From assembly GCA_040218735.1 (NCBI GenBank), contig JAVJQW010000023.1, forward strand, positions 608,001 through 672,000: 64,000 nucleotides of DNA, in the 5' to 3' direction. Below the pieces are notes generated by a model. It was not told where the DNA came from. It saw only the letters and a program-made list of their open reading frames with translations, and ran no database searches. Position 1 is the first letter of the stretch, and the number at the start of each line of letters is the position of its first letter. Positions 1 to 11,650 of the stretch are shown here, piece after piece. The translations under genes were made by a program, and so were the position numbers. Source of the DNA: Deltaproteobacteria bacterium (GTDB taxonomy: Bacteria; Myxococcota; Kuafuiibacteriia; Kuafuiibacteriales; Kuafuiibacteriaceae).

Positions 1-3000
1 CGCCGGAGTAACACACCGACGGCGGCTGCGCCGTGCTGAGAGCGTCGGGCTGTCCGGGCAGCGGGAACAACAGCTGACACCGTTGCTGCTGCTCGAGGAA
101 CGCCGTCCGCTGCGACAGCGTGGGATCGGCGGCGAGCGTGGTGAATGGGGCGACGAGGTCGGGATCGTACTCGACCTCGAACGCGTCGCCGGCGCCGGCC
201 TGGCGGGGTGCGCAGCGGAGGCGCGCGGTCGTCGGATCGTCGCCGGTGAAGACCACCTGCGGCATCACGGCCGGGAAGTCCTCCGGGACGTCGGGGTTGA
301 GGCACGGGTTCAGCGCCGCCGGCTTCAGCGTCCCGAAGAACGGCGCGCGGACGTAGCCGGGCGTCACGGGGATCGTCGCGACCCTCGGTCCCAGGTCGAT
401 CTCACCGATCGCAGAGGATTCGCGCACGAAGACATCCGAGCCGCGGACGTCGAACCGGAACTCATCGAGTCGAATGTCTCCGTAGTACGGGCCGAGGCGC
501 GCACGACGCCGCACCGTTGTGAGGTTCGCGTCCAGGATGCTCCCGAACGAGTCCCCGCCTACGCCGAAGTCGCGGCTGGCCTTCGCGTGGATCTCACTCA
601 GGAGTGGGGAGGCATAGTCGATGAGGTTGTGGTCGAAGCCGCGCATGTACCGACCGACGTACTGATCGTCCGCCTTCTCTTCTTCGCTCGGCTCTCGACC
701 CGCTACGTACTCGAATTCAATCGACGTCGCCGTGACTCCGACGCGCCCGGAGGCCATGCAGAGCTCCTGATAGATCGTGCTCCGGACGCTCTCGAGCTCG
801 CGCTCGGCGTCCGACACTGGGTCGGGTTGCGGGGTGCACACCGGCAGGTCGCTCTGGTACCAGCACCCGTCGATGTCGAGGTCGCCGTCCTCGAGCGCGA
901 TCGCGAGCGCCTCTGCACCCAGCCCCCCGAAGACATCGTCGCCGCACAGATCCAGGACCTCCGCGCCGAGCGCCACGCGCTCCATGCGGACGAACAGATC
1001 ACGGTCCGCCTGAACGTTCTCGACCTGGACCATCCGCTGCTGCTCCGCGAGGTACGCCGTGCGCGCGGTCGCGAAGGCATCGACCGCGTCCTGCACCAGG
1101 GAGGGCACGGGGGAGAAGGTCGAGAAGTCACTCCCGATCAGATAGTCACTCACCGCGGTGAACCGTGAGCCGGCGTCCGTCGCCACCTGTTCGAAGTACA
1201 GCGGGAGATCCTCGTCCTCGATCCCGAGTGGGTTGCGTCCCGCGTTGACCGCTTGAATGAGCTGCACCGCCTCGGCTTGTGCGTCCGCCGCGCGGGTGAC
1301 CGCACGATCGAGCGCCGCCTTCCACTCGGGCGTTCGTCGGAGCGTGACCCCGGCGAGGAGCTCGTTGACCAGGCCGTTGAGCGGGACCTGCAGCCGCAGC
1401 GCTTCACTCACTTCCGTCGGCAGCGTCGTGGCGCCGAGCCGAACGTCGTGCTCGACGAGGCGTGCGACGAGCTGACTGTGGACCTCGAGGAGCTCCGTGA
1501 CCGAAGTGAGGAGGCTTTCGTCGGTGGACCACAGGGCCGGCGCGGGATCGTCGACCGCGGTGACGGCGTCGTAGATGTTCTTCTCGGCCAAGACCGCGTC
1601 GTCGAGCGAAGCGAGCGGCGTGAAGACGCGCGGGTGGAGGAGGAGTCTGAGCGCTTGGTTCGTGCGCGCGATGGCGTCGACCAGCGCGCTGCGTTCATCG
1701 GTCGAGTCCACGCCCGGGAGCACCTCGACGCGCTGCACCGCCTCCGAAGCGACGAATGTCGCCGCCTGAACGAACCGCTGCGCGAGCCGCGCGGTCAGGA
1801 CGTCGGGACGCGGATCCTCGGGCGCGCCGTCGGGTGTGCCCACGAGCGCCGCGGCCCGGATCGACTCGCTCACGGCGCCGAAGCGCGTGAGGAACCGAGG
1901 CGCGCTGAGACACGTGCTCTCGTCGAACCCGCCGCGGCCGAGGCGGGCCGAGAGATCTCCGGTCGTGCCGGGCGAAGGCGGCTGAGCGAGCGCTTCGAGA
2001 TCCGAGCGACACGCCGTGAGCAGCTCGTCGGCGGCCCTCGGCTGGTCGAGCCCGACGGCCAGGCCGGCGCCGTTCTCACACTGCAGATCACCCGTCGCCG
2101 GGTCGAGCGCGCTGGTGAATCGGTCGGGCTCGAAGGCGGCCCCATTCGCCGATCGGTGATCGCAGAGGATCGAGGTGACCGCATTCTTCGAGACCGGCCG
2201 CACTTCGCACCCGGCCGTCGCCGTCACGGGGACGATGACGGACTCCAGTCGGATCTGATTGTCCTCCCCCGATATGAGTACGGCGAGCCCGATATTGAAC
2301 TGCCGCGCCTGCACCGTACCGGCGGTGGTCAGATCGATGGGCTCGCACTGGTAGCGCCGAGCCAGCGCCTCGCAGAAGTTGGCGCCGCCCGACGAACGCG
2401 CAGGATCGAAGCGGGGACGATTGTTGTGGGTTCGTCCGTCGGTGCGTACCGAGAAGACGACGTCCGTGGCCGCGTTTTCGAATGCGCAGGGGACGACGGG
2501 TCGTGTGGTCCGACCGCCGATGGTCCACGTGGTCGGGAATGGCGCGTGCGCCGTGGATGCCAGCGAGACGAGGCTCACGTCGGGCTGCGGCTGCTCGTAG
2601 TCACTCACCTCGAGGGTGGAGTCGACGAAGAAGGCCATGGCGATCGACTGGATGCGATCGCGCATCCCGATATCCCTGAATCCGGTGAAGTGACCGAATC
2701 TCGCGAGGACGAACCCATCTAGCCAACCGGCGAAGTCACCCCCCATCCAGTCACCGAAATAGGCCTTGGCGGTGAACTCATCGACGGCGCCTGTCGGGGG
2801 AATCGTCTCCCAGCCGTCGAACCTCGTGAGCATTCCGATGTTGGGTGCATCGTCGGCCGCACCCTGATCCGCAAGCATCGTCGGCGGTCGCGCGTCCGCG
2901 ATGAACCCTCCCAGCACCGTCTGGAGCCACGCTCGTGAGTCGGTCGTGAGCGGCCCTGAGAACGCGGACTGTGGGAGACTCGGCGCGTCCGACTGCGCAC

Positions 3001-4324
3001 GACGCCAGACGCTCCGCTGGTCTTCCAGGGTGAGTTGTGTCTGCTCGAGATCCGCGACGAGATCGACGTAGTTCTGTTCGGCGAGGAACCTCGTCGTCGC
3101 CTCCTGCGCCGGGACGTACGCGAGCTGCGCGTCCGAATCGACCGCCGGGGGCGCGCCCTCGGGGAGGTCGTCGGTTCGCTCCAACGCGATCTCGAACACC
3201 GCGATCGGCTCCCGCGCGATGTTCGCCGAGACCCCGGTCAACGTCACCGCGAGCGAGAAGCGGAGGTCTCCGCTCCACGTCTCGGCCAACGGATCGGTGC
3301 GAAGCCCGGCCGGCTCCGCGACCGCGACGACGTGGAGCCGGCCGCTCCCCGCCACGGGCGACGGCGCAGCCCACTCGAAGGCCGGCATCACGACGGAGCC
3401 GAACACGTCATCGTCGTCCGGCGCCAACTCGAGCGTGCCGGTCCACGCTCCGGCGGGGTTCATCAGGCGGCTGTCGTCGATGATCCGGATGCGTGCTTCG
3501 TTGCCGTTCGGCTCGTAGACCTCCGCGCGGATCGGGACCGTGATGCGCGCGACGGGCGGAGCGAGCGAGAACGCGTTTGCGCCCACTTGTACGAGCTGCA
3601 TCTGCCCCGCGTAGACCCCGGCGACCGGGCCAACGGGCGCAGTCACGAGGTCCGGTGCCACCGTCGCCTCGCTGCGTCCCCCCGCGTCGTCCAACACCTG
3701 CACGCGCGCCGACGCGCTCGGTTCGCCCATCATCGAAGGCGACTCCTTCACGGCGATGTCCGTCACCGAGTCGGCCGCCAGACCCTCGAGCATCAGCTCC
3801 GATCCGAAGTCGAGCTCGTCGAGGTCGACGCCGGGCGGTGCGAGCGCGACCTCGACGTTCGCGCCAGGCGCCACGCGAGCCCGGGCGACTGGGCCCCCGT
3901 CGGCGCGAATCGAAAGTGTGTAGATGCCGCTCGGGCTCCTACGGACCTGCGCTTGTTGGAGCGTCGCACGTCCCTTGCCGTCGAGGTTGGCGAGCGGGAA
4001 GACGTTCGTGCCCTCGAGGGCGCAGCGCCCGAAGTCGTCGCAGAGCTCACCGTCGGTGCAATCCGCGTCCGCCGTACACTCGAAGGCACACACCCCCAGA
4101 TCGCAGAACGAGCCGCACGCGCAATGGTCGTCGCGCGTACATCGCCGCGCCTCGAATGTGTCCGGTCGCTCGCAGGCCACGACGGGGGCCGGATCCGGGT
4201 CCGGGCGGGGCCCAGGTTCGTCGCCGGACCCGCAGGCGACCACCAGACCGACAGCGAGGACCGCGACACCTACTCTCTTCGTGGCGATGGTGTGGAGGCC
4301 TGTGTCGTTCCGGTAGTGCTTCAT
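1..4324 (-). CDS. Very large Cys-rich secreted lipoprotein (>1440 aa), 3' end runs off the window
   Basis: Absent from the ORF track, as expected for an ORF with no in-window stop. Manual translation from ATG 4324 gives MKHYRNDTGLHTIATKRVGVAVLAVGLVVAC (lipobox), then Cys-rich repeats (CTRDDHCACGSFCDLGVCAFECTADADC). The same frame is open wherever checked (about 2665, 1200, 720 and the window edge). The + ORFs 83..1168, 1253..2722 and 3035..4690 are its in-register antisense shadows. Confidence 0.8.
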   Translation of the reverse strand, partial: MKHYRNDTGLHTIATKRVGVAVLAVGLVVACGSGDEPGPRPDPDPAPVVACERPDTFEARRCTRDDHCACGSFCDLGVCAFECTADADCTDGELCDDFGRCALEGTNVFPLANLDGKGRATLQQAQVRRSPSGIYTLSIRADGGPVARARVAPGANVEVALAPPGVDLDELDFGSELMLEGLAADSVTDIAVKESPSMMGEPSASARVQVLDDAGGRSEATVAPDLVTAPVGPVAGVYAGQMQLVQVGANAFSLAPPVARITVPIRAEVYEPNGNEARIRIIDDSRLMNPAGAWTGTLELAPDDDDVFGSVVMPAFEWAAPSPVAGSGRLHVVAVAEPAGLRTDPLAETWSGDLRFSLAVTLTGVSANIAREPIAVFEIALERTDDLPEGAPPAVDSDAQLAYVPAQEATTRFLAEQNYVDLVADLEQTQLTLEDQRSVWRRAQSDAPSLPQSAFSGPLTTDSRAWLQTVLGGFIADARPPTMLADQGAADDAPNIGMLTRFDGWETIPPTGAVDEFTAKAYFGDWMGGDFAGWLDGFVLARFGHFTGFRDIGMRDRIQSIAMAFFVDSTLEVSDYEQPQPDVSLVSLASTAHAPFPTTWTIGGRTTRPVVPCAFENAATDVVFSVRTDGRTHNNRPRFDPARSSGGANFCEALARRYQCEPIDLTTAGTVQARQFNIGLAVLISGEDNQIRLESVIVPVTATAGCEVRPVSKNAVTSILCDHRSANGAAFEPDRFTSALDPATGDLQCENGAGLAVGLDQPRAADELLTACRSDLEALAQPPSPGTTGDLSARLGRGGFDESTCLSAPRFLTRFGAVSESIRAAALVGTPDGAPEDPRPDVLTARLAQRFVQAATFVASEAVQRVEVLPGVDSTDERSALVDAIARTNQALRLLLHPRVFTPLASLDDAVLAEKNIYDAVTAVDDPAPALWSTDESLLTSVTELLEVHSQLVARLVEHDVRLGATTLPTEVSEALRLQVPLNGLVNELLAGVTLRRTPEWKAALDRAVTRAADAQAEAVQLIQAVNAGRNPLGIEDEDLPLYFEQVATDAGSRFTAVSDYLIGSDFSTFSPVPSLVQDAVDAFATARTAYLAEQQRMVQVENVQADRDLFVRMERVALGAEVLDLCGDDVFGGLGAEALAIALEDGDLDIDGCWYQSDLPVCTPQPDPVSDAERELESVRSTIYQELCMASGRVGVTATSIEFEYVAGREPSEEEKADDQYVGRYMRGFDHNLIDYASPLLSEIHAKASRDFGVGGDSFGSILDANLTTVRRRARLGPYYGDIRLDEFRFDVRGSDVFVRESSAIGEIDLGPRVATIPVTPGYVRAPFFGTLKPAALNPCLNPDVPEDFPAVMPQVVFTGDDPTTARLRCAPRQAGAGDAFEVEYDPDLVAPFTTLAADPTLSQRTAFLEQQQRCQLLFPLPGQPDALSTAQPPSVCYSG

Positions 4325-4759
4325 CGATCCCGTACGGGTGATATCAACAGAGGTCGGTGTTACGAAATCGTTCCGCGCGCAAGGCAGCGGGAGGTCGCCT
4401 ATCGCCCACGAATCGGGCCCTACGGTGCCGCTGAGCGTCTCCTCGGCCCTTCACGCGATTTGTCCGAGCGGTACGCCCGTTCTCTCATCGTGAAGAGCTC
4501 ACGCGACGCCGGAGACGAAGTCGAGCCCACCCGCGTGATGCCCCGACGCCACCGCATCTCAGTTCTCTCACGCGGTGAGCACGCGTCTCGTGTCGCGCTC
4601 CATCGAGGTGGCTGCCCGGCGCCGTGCAGGTGCGGCGGTCTTGCCTCGATGAAGGCGCGCAAGGTCAACCAACGGTCCACCCGCGACTGAACACAACCGA
4701 ACGCGAGCGTCGCGGTAATTCACGAGCTGCGGGTCCAAGCAGGCGGAGGATCCCGTCGA

Positions 4760-5983
4760 ATGACCATCACCCCCCTGCGCTCACCGGGCTCGATTCACAG
4801 AACGACGACGCCCGAGCACGGTCGACGCCCCGACCTCCGCGACGTACGCGACGTACGCGCACTGACCAACCCCGACACCTTCACGAAGGCGTCGGCGGAG
4901 CCCAAGCGCACAACCACCCAAGCGAAGCGCTCCGCCTGGGTTCAGTCCCCGACCAGGGGGATCGACGCGATCGACGCGCGCCTCCGGAAATCGGGTTTCA
5001 ACGGGACCGTCCTCGTCGCGAAGAACGGGAAGGTACTGATGGAACGCGGCTACGGGCTCGCCAACCGCACCACCGGCGTGAAGAACGGGGCCGACACACT
5101 CTACGACGTCGGGTCCGTCACGAAGCAGTTCACTGCGGCGGCGCTCCTGAAGCTCCAGGAGCAGGGCAAGCTCTCGCTCGACGATCCGATCTCCAAGTAC
5201 TTCGAGGTCCCCGCGGCGCGGCGTGACATCACGCTGCGGCAGCTCCTGCAGCACCGCTCCGGGCTCGGCTATCCCAGCGAGTCGGCGCTCGCGAACACCA
5301 ACCCGGACGACCCGAAGTCGTTCCTCGAAGCCTTCCTGGCGAAGGCCCCGACGATCGGCAAACCCGGGGAGCGCTACGAGTACAGCAACCTCGGCTACAA
5401 CGTCCTCGCCAACGTCGTAGAGCAGGCGAGCGGACGTTCCTACGAGGACTACGTGAAGCGAAACCTGTTCGGACCGGCGAAGATGACTTCCAGCGGATTC
5501 AACGAGCCGGGCTCCGTCGATCCCCAGCGCGCCGCCACCGGCTACGAGAACAGGAACGAGGAGGCGCTCCCCGCCGGCGAGCTCCCGAACAGCTGGGGCT
5601 ACAAGGGCGCGACCGGCGTCGTGACCTCGGCGCGCGACATGCTGCGCTGGGCGGAGGCGTTGAAGGACAACCGCGTCCTTTCGAAGGCGTCCACCCAGGA
5701 GCTCTTCGCGACCGCCGGCGACCGCTCGGGGTACGCGTTGGGCTGGGAGGTCCAACGCGACGCCAAGGGCAACATCACGTCGGTCGGCCACGGCGGCTCG
5801 ACCATCGGCTTCGCGTCCAACTTCACCATCGACCCGCGCAGCGGGATGGTCTTCGTGACCCTCAGCAACGACGAAGCCGGCTCCGAGCGAGCGATCGGCA
5901 TCCCCGAGGAGGAGTGGGCGAAGTACGCGCGCAGGCTCGACGACCTCGGACGCCCGTCCACCTGGCCCAGCCTCGGAAAGTAG
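4760..5983 (+). CDS. Serine hydrolase, beta-lactamase/AmpC-like family
   Basis: SxxK (GSVTKQF), LLQHRSG, YxN (YEYSNLGY) and GHGG motifs. Confidence 0.9.
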   Translation: MTITPLRSPGSIHRTTTPEHGRRPDLRDVRDVRALTNPDTFTKASAEPKRTTTQAKRSAWVQSPTRGIDAIDARLRKSGFNGTVLVAKNGKVLMERGYGLANRTTGVKNGADTLYDVGSVTKQFTAAALLKLQEQGKLSLDDPISKYFEVPAARRDITLRQLLQHRSGLGYPSESALANTNPDDPKSFLEAFLAKAPTIGKPGERYEYSNLGYNVLANVVEQASGRSYEDYVKRNLFGPAKMTSSGFNEPGSVDPQRAATGYENRNEEALPAGELPNSWGYKGATGVVTSARDMLRWAEALKDNRVLSKASTQELFATAGDRSGYALGWEVQRDAKGNITSVGHGGSTIGFASNFTIDPRSGMVFVTLSNDEAGSERAIGIPEEEWAKYARRLDDLGRPSTWPSLGK

Positions 5984-6032
5984 CCGCCGAAATCAATCGA
6001 CCGCGTCGAGGACGGTGGCACGAGCGGCCGCC

Positions 6033-7254
6033 TCACTCGGGTTGTGGGGCTTCGGGATCACCGCGCTGTGGCGCCGTCGCCGGGTCGCAGGGCGGTGAGA
6101 AGACCACGATCACGCGCCCGCTCATTCGCTTGCTGACGGGATGCGGGCCGCGCTCCCAGAAGACGAGGTCCGGGCGCCCGTCCTGGTCGAAGTCCTCGAC
6201 GCCGACGATGTCCGTGAAGTGAGGCTCGACGAAGGGGTAGTCGCGGGTGATGCGGCACGCGGCGATGGGTCGGGTGGGTTCGGCGCCCGCGAGGTCGAAG
6301 GTGCGAAAGAGCAGCTGCTCCTCGCGGCGCTGGTTCGCGAGCTTGTACGCCACCTGCGCGGCCGAGATCAGCCGGTCTCCGACCACGGTGGTCGTGCCGG
6401 GCTGCGCGTAGTCGTAGAACGTCGGGGCGTCCGGGGGCGGGAAGCCGAGCGCGGCCGACGACGGGATTCGAAGCTCGCGAAGATATCCGGGCAGGGCCAG
6501 GGCCTCTCGCAGCTTCGCTCGACTCACCACCCAGATCGCGCCGAGGCCCGCATCGTAGTCGGAGTACCCGGTCGCGAGCACGAGCAAGTCCGGTTGTCCG
6601 TCGCCGTCGAGGTCTCGCACGACGTCGAAACGGGTGCCGGGGGGTCGTGACGCGCACGGTCAGGCAGTCGCCCGCATCGGGGACAGCGCCCGCGCGAGGG
6701 TCGCAGTAGCGGATAGGCCAGCCACCGTGCAGCACGTGGAGCCGGCCGCCGGGCGCCTCGTAGACGTAGTCGTGGCGGGGCAAGAGGGTTTTCGGAGCTT
6801 CGAGCGTGCGCACCCCCTCGTCCGAGGTGACCGCCCAGGTGCGCCCGGTGAAGCTCGCGAAGCCTGGGCCCGGCAGGGCGACCTGCGTCGGCACCCGCCT
6901 TCCCGCGCCGAGATCGCGCCCCGAGAACAGGCTGAGCGTTTGGCCCTGCTGGATCGCGACGTCCGCGATCCCGTCCCCGTCCGCGTCCTGGAGGGTGACC
7001 GGGCAGGTCGGCGGCCGGTCGCGCAGGGCCACTCCGGTGTCCTCGAGGACGAGCACGCGCTGTCCCTCGGCGTAGGCCTGGGTGCGGGTGTGCAAGTCGT
7101 CCGGCAGAGCGTGGGGCCACGGCGCGGGGCTCACAACGGCTGCGGGGGCCGGCGCGCGCGGCGGCGCTGAGCGGCACGCGGCCAGAAGGCCGAGGACCGC
7201 GAGGGCCCGACGACGCGAATGAGGCCGAAGAAGACATCTGAACTCGAACGCCAT
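6033..7254 (-). pseudogene. FG-GAP/VCBS-repeat lipoprotein split by a +1 frameshift
   Basis: Lipobox LLAAC and DADGDGIADV in ORF 6058..7254; DLDGDGQPDLLV and DFDQDGRPDLV in ORF 6033..6620. Removing one G from G6 at 6639-6644 joins the frames. Confidence 0.7.
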
Positions 7255-7441
7255 GAGTCGCTACAATAGATTCCACGCCGACGAGACGTGTCCCCACTGC
7301 CATAGCGACGCGGACCTCGCGTTCCAAGCCGACATCGGTCGCCTCGACTGGAGCGACTACCGACCGAACGAGGCAATCCCGCACGCCCCCGTCACCGAGC
7401 CCGTCGGCCCCGACCCGGGCGTCGACTGGTCGCGCCCTTGA
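7253..7441 (+). pseudogene. Small CxxC-containing ORF, probably truncated next to the island arm
   Basis: MSRYNRF..CPHC..FQADIG looks protein-like; it stops about 55 bp before the conserved arm at 7497. Confidence 0.35.
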
Positions 7442-7496
7442 ATGAAGCAGACGCTCGACGCGTCACCGCAGAGAGCTCGTAGAGGACCGTCTCTGC

Positions 7497-7800
7497 CCGC
7501 AAGCTACCTTGCAATACCATGACACATTTGTGCCAGACACCCGCGTATACATGAGACAGAAGGCACGCATGACATGGTCTACGCGCCGAGCCGGGAGTCG
7601 ATCGGAGGTCGCCGAAGCTAGAGGATCCCGCGGACCTGCCCGGGTTCAGAGCGACACGAAGCCGATGGGCCCTGTGGGAATCGAACCCACGACCTTGGGA
7701 TAAAGATACTCGCGAGGATCGACGCAAACAGCCGGAACATGTCCGGTTGTTCCCGGGACGGGTGGCGCCTGTGGCAAATGCGTGCCGAGCTTAGGGCCGG
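7497..7800. repeat. attP-like junction A: left arm + tRNA-Lys 3' core (7666-7701) + right arm
   Basis: Core matches 32068-32103; left arm closely resembles 13740-13895; right arm resembles 13954-14045 and 20563-20650. Confidence 0.85.
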
Positions 7801-7809
7801 CGCCTCAGA

Positions 7810-8085
7810 TCTGTCCCGCACCGCCTGATTGGCCTTCGCGGCTTCGATGTACGTGCAGATCTGGGTCGCCGACTTGTTCCCGACCGGCCCGGCAACGCCC
7901 GCGTCATCGAACAGCGTGATCCGGCGCCAGGCGAACATCGACACAGCCACTCCCTCCGCGGGAAGCGTTGCGATCCGCGCGAGTAACGCCGACATGTCTA
8001 GCTCCATGAACGCGGTTGTCGCGTGGCTCGTAGGGACGAGATTGATGCTACCGACGACGACTGTGTCATAGGCCGGCTGCGTCAC
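7810..8085 (-). pseudogene. Hypothetical gene fragment running into the island arm
   Basis: ORF 7618..8085 reads protein-like for about 90 aa, then runs through arm/att sequence. Confidence 0.3.
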
Positions 8086-8124
8086 CGCTCGGAATCCCAG
8101 CCGTCGGGGCAGCGCCAGATGACG

Positions 8125-8418
8125 TTATTCCAACGCCCCCTCGGCCTCGAGCCACGCGCGAAGCTCCGCCCGAACCTCGTTGGCCTCCCCCGGACGTCCC
8201 TCACCGAAGTGAATCCAACCTTCCCGGGGTCGCCAGGTCCGAAGGTACTCGGTGATTTCTCCGCGGATCGAAGCAGGGACCGCCGACCAGAGCACGGCGC
8301 GCTCCTCGGAGCCCGCGAGCACGCGCATCACCGCCCACTGGATTTCGTCATCGGTGTAGAGCCCCACATCGTACGCCGCGAGGATTGCCTTCAGGTCTTC
8401 GATCGTTGTCATCGTCAT
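8125..8418 (-). CDS. Putative immunity protein of the Rhs toxin at 8415..11650
   Basis: 97-aa ORF (MTMTTIEDLKAILAAY...) whose ATG overlaps the toxin stop (ATGA). Confidence 0.7.
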   Translation of the reverse strand: MTMTTIEDLKAILAAYDVGLYTDDEIQWAVMRVLAGSEERAVLWSAVPASIRGEITEYLRTWRPREGWIHFGEGRPGEANEVRAELRAWLEAEGALE

Positions 8419-11400
8419 CCACCGCGCATCTTCTTGACGAGCAGGTTGGCCACATCCCACGCCTGCTCGTGAAGGTTGTTGGCCCAGCCACCGTCCAACC
8501 GATCCGCGATCAGCGCGTTCAATCTCCTCACCTGTATCGCACCTTCCTTGTTGAACAGCTCGCGAAGCGCGTTGATTTCGTGCATCTCGTGCGCGATGTG
8601 GGCGACGATGGCTTCGTCGCTCGTGAGGAGCGACTCGTCGAACCTCACGGGCACACGTCCCGTTCTTTGATGAAGGAAGTCCTCCCAGGTCACCCAGTCG
8701 TCTGGAGCGAAGTCTCTCGTGCGCGTGAAGTACTCGGCCCTGGCGTCCTTCCGTGACCACCGTATGAAGCCGATCGCCAAATCGTCGCCGATCTCCACGC
8801 CGTAGGACTTGGCCAGCTCGAGTGCTTCCTTCGGGGTCCTCCTCACCCCACCTGGGTTGGGCCTGAAATCGAACGCGGGCGCGCGCGCTGCGCCGCCGAG
8901 CCGCGCGCCGCCGCGGAGCTTACCCGCCACGAAACCGAACGCAGCCCCCAACACCTTCGCGACCACTGCTCCGAGCACACCCATCAAGGCTCCGCCGGCC
9001 GTGTCCTTGGCGTACGTCTCCGCGGAGCTGACCTCGCCTCGTGTCGCGTCGTGCAGCGCTCGCATACCCGGCGCGGACAGGGCACCGCTGATCATGCCCT
9101 CCAGGATCAAGCTCCCCCCGCCGTAGGCCGCACCCACCTGACCGGCGGCCGCCATGATGGCCGAGTATCCGACGAGCTTGGCGTTGCCGGTCACGACATC
9201 GTCCATCGCCACATCGAGCCTACGGCCGGATCCGGTGGGCGCGCGTTGCACCTGTCCGATGCTCCCGGCCGCTCCGAATGCCATCCGCGCGCAGAAACTC
9301 TCGGGCGCTCCCGCCTCCGTGCAGACCTTGTATTGCGCCTCTGGCGAAAGTGGCTTGGCCTCCGCCGCCGGATCCGCGGTCGCGTTGGCCACGTGGTCCT
9401 CTCGCCCGTCCGCGTCTCTTCGTGTGACCGGGTTGTTGCCCATCGCGACGTACGCGCTCTTGGACGCGTCTTCGACGGGATCTCTCGACAACCACCGTCC
9501 GAGCCAACTCAAGTAGTAGCGAGCCTGGAACGCGTAGAACCCAGTCTCCTCGTCTCGCTCCTCTCCGGAGTACCGAAAACGTTTGGGTCCTGCGGTCAGA
9601 CCGGAAGCCGTCGCACGATACGAGGTCGACCCGAACGGGAAGTACTCTTCGTAGGTCAGCAGGGGAGCTTGCACCGAAGGTCCGACCTCGACGCCGCTCG
9701 AACCCAGATGATCCGTCAGCGGATAACGTGCGCGTGGCGCAGGTGCCATGGAGATACCGTTGCGAACGGTCGCCGTCTCGACGATCGCGATTCGCTCCGC
9801 GCCGTTCATCACGTGGAGGGTTTCGGTCTGCTCCTGATTCCCGCGACGATAGAACTCCCAACCGTCGAGGTACCGACGCTCTACGACCTCGGTCGTTCGT
9901 CGGACGATCTTTCGAAGACGCAGCCCGCTCTCGTCGTAGACATAGTACGCGTGCCCGCCCCCACCGAGGTCCACCTCGACGAGGCGATCGTCCGCGTCCC
10001 AACTCAGCGGACGCATCCCGACGACCCCAGTCATGTTCCCGTGGCCGTCGTGTGCGTAGGTGTCGAGGTACGTCGGACCGATTGTCGGGTCCACGTAGGT
10101 CGGATGGCTCGACGGGCTCCCGGGTGAGCTCGTCGCGACGAGGTGGTTCGAGTTGAGGGCGTACTGATGACGCCGGCGCCACGCCACCGAGACTCCGCGT
10201 CGGTGTGACGTCTCGAGGATGTTGCCGACGGCGTCGTATCGATAGCGCTCAACGTAGCGTTCCAGCGTCGACGCGTCGTTTGCGTGCGGGAGGCTTCGTC
10301 CAGGGGGGAGGCCGGCGCCGGGTTGCTGCCCCGGATGACAGCGTCCCTCGGCGCGCGTGAGCCGGTGGCGAGCGTCGTACTCGAAGCGGCGGTCGGCCGA
10401 TACGACCGCGTTGTCGAAGAACAGACGTGGCTGCGCTCCGTCGAGGATCGCCACGACGTTTCCGAACGGGTCGTACGTGTACGCGCGATCCTGAAGCAGC
10501 GTCCCGTTCGCCCGACGGCTCGTCACCCCGGCCAAACGCTGACTGTCGCGATCGTAGCTGTAGCTCGTCTCGACTTCGTTCCCGAGCACGACCTGCTCAC
10601 GGCGGCCGAGCGCGTCGTACCGCGACGACCGAAGGTAGGGGACGCGGCCACCGACGCCGTGGTGCTGTACTTCGATGCCTTCGAGCTGCCCCCCGACACC
10701 GTAGCGGTAGTGCGTCGTGCTCTGATCCGGAGCGCGCGCGGACACGACGCGGCCCAGCCCGTCGAGCTTGGACACCGCTCGGTACTCCGTGCGCTCCAGC
10801 GCCGCATCGGCGAGCGTCTCCAGCGCCGCCAGATCCGGCGCCGACGTCAGCGCCGTCCAATCCGCGCCCTGCGCCCACGTACTCCACACCGCCACCGACG
10901 CGGCTGCGTCGGGTGCGGCGCGGAGCCGTCGCGCGACTTCGAGTGTGTTGCCGTCGAAGTCTCGACGAAGCACACGCCGAGCTCCCGCGGCGTCGTACAC
11001 GGCGTAGGCGTGACCCACGCATCGTTGCGCGCGCGCGGTCGCCGTCGGGAGATCGCTGCCGTAGACGACGTGACTTCGGACGACCTCCGCGCCAGCACCG
11101 ACGCGCAGATGTCGACTCACCGGACGCCGTAGACGATCGTACGTCATGCGCCACGCGTGGCCCCGGCTGTCCCACGTGCGTGCGGGTTGCCCGTCGGTCG
11201 CGGGGAGCGTCCACCACGATCCGCCGTCGCACGTCGAGGCGGCCAGCGAACGCCCCAGGAGGTCATACGTCGTCGTCGCGCTCGTGTTGCCGCGCCCGTC
11301 GGTGACCAAGACCGGACGGCCCTCGAGGTCGAGCGTCGACGTCGTGGTGTGAAGGTCGGGCGCCGCGGCGGTTCCGTTATCCTCGTCGATGCGGAACGTG

Positions 11401-11650
11401 CGGCCGAGCGCGTCCACGTGCGCCGTCATCGGCGTATCGGCGTGGACCAATGCAAGCGTGCGCGCGCGCTGCTGCTCGGCGCCTCCCGCCGCCGCCGTTC
11501 GCTCCCAGTCGGAGCCCACGACGGTGTCCGAACGGTCGCGCGTCACGTTCGACCAGGTTCGGTAGTCGATGCGCTCCTCGGTCCCGTCGCAGTACTGCAC
11601 CCGAGCTCGACGCCCGATCGGATCGTAGTGGGAGACCGAAGCCGGACGTG
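8415..11650 (-). CDS. 5'-truncated Rhs/YD-repeat protein (Tc toxin BC-like shell) with C-terminal HEMHE metallopeptidase-like toxin tip
   Basis: YD repeats; core motifs DHLGS, YEEYFPFG, RFRYSGEERDEETG, GRWLSRDP, NNPVTRRDADG; tip SDEAIVAHIAHEMHE. The reading frame begins mid-domain (SHYDPIGRRARV) near 11650. Confidence 0.85.

Noticed and set aside
83-4690. Long + strand ORFs (361, 489, 551 aa)
   Set aside because: In-register antisense shadows of the minus-strand lipoprotein; Arg/Val-rich with no motifs
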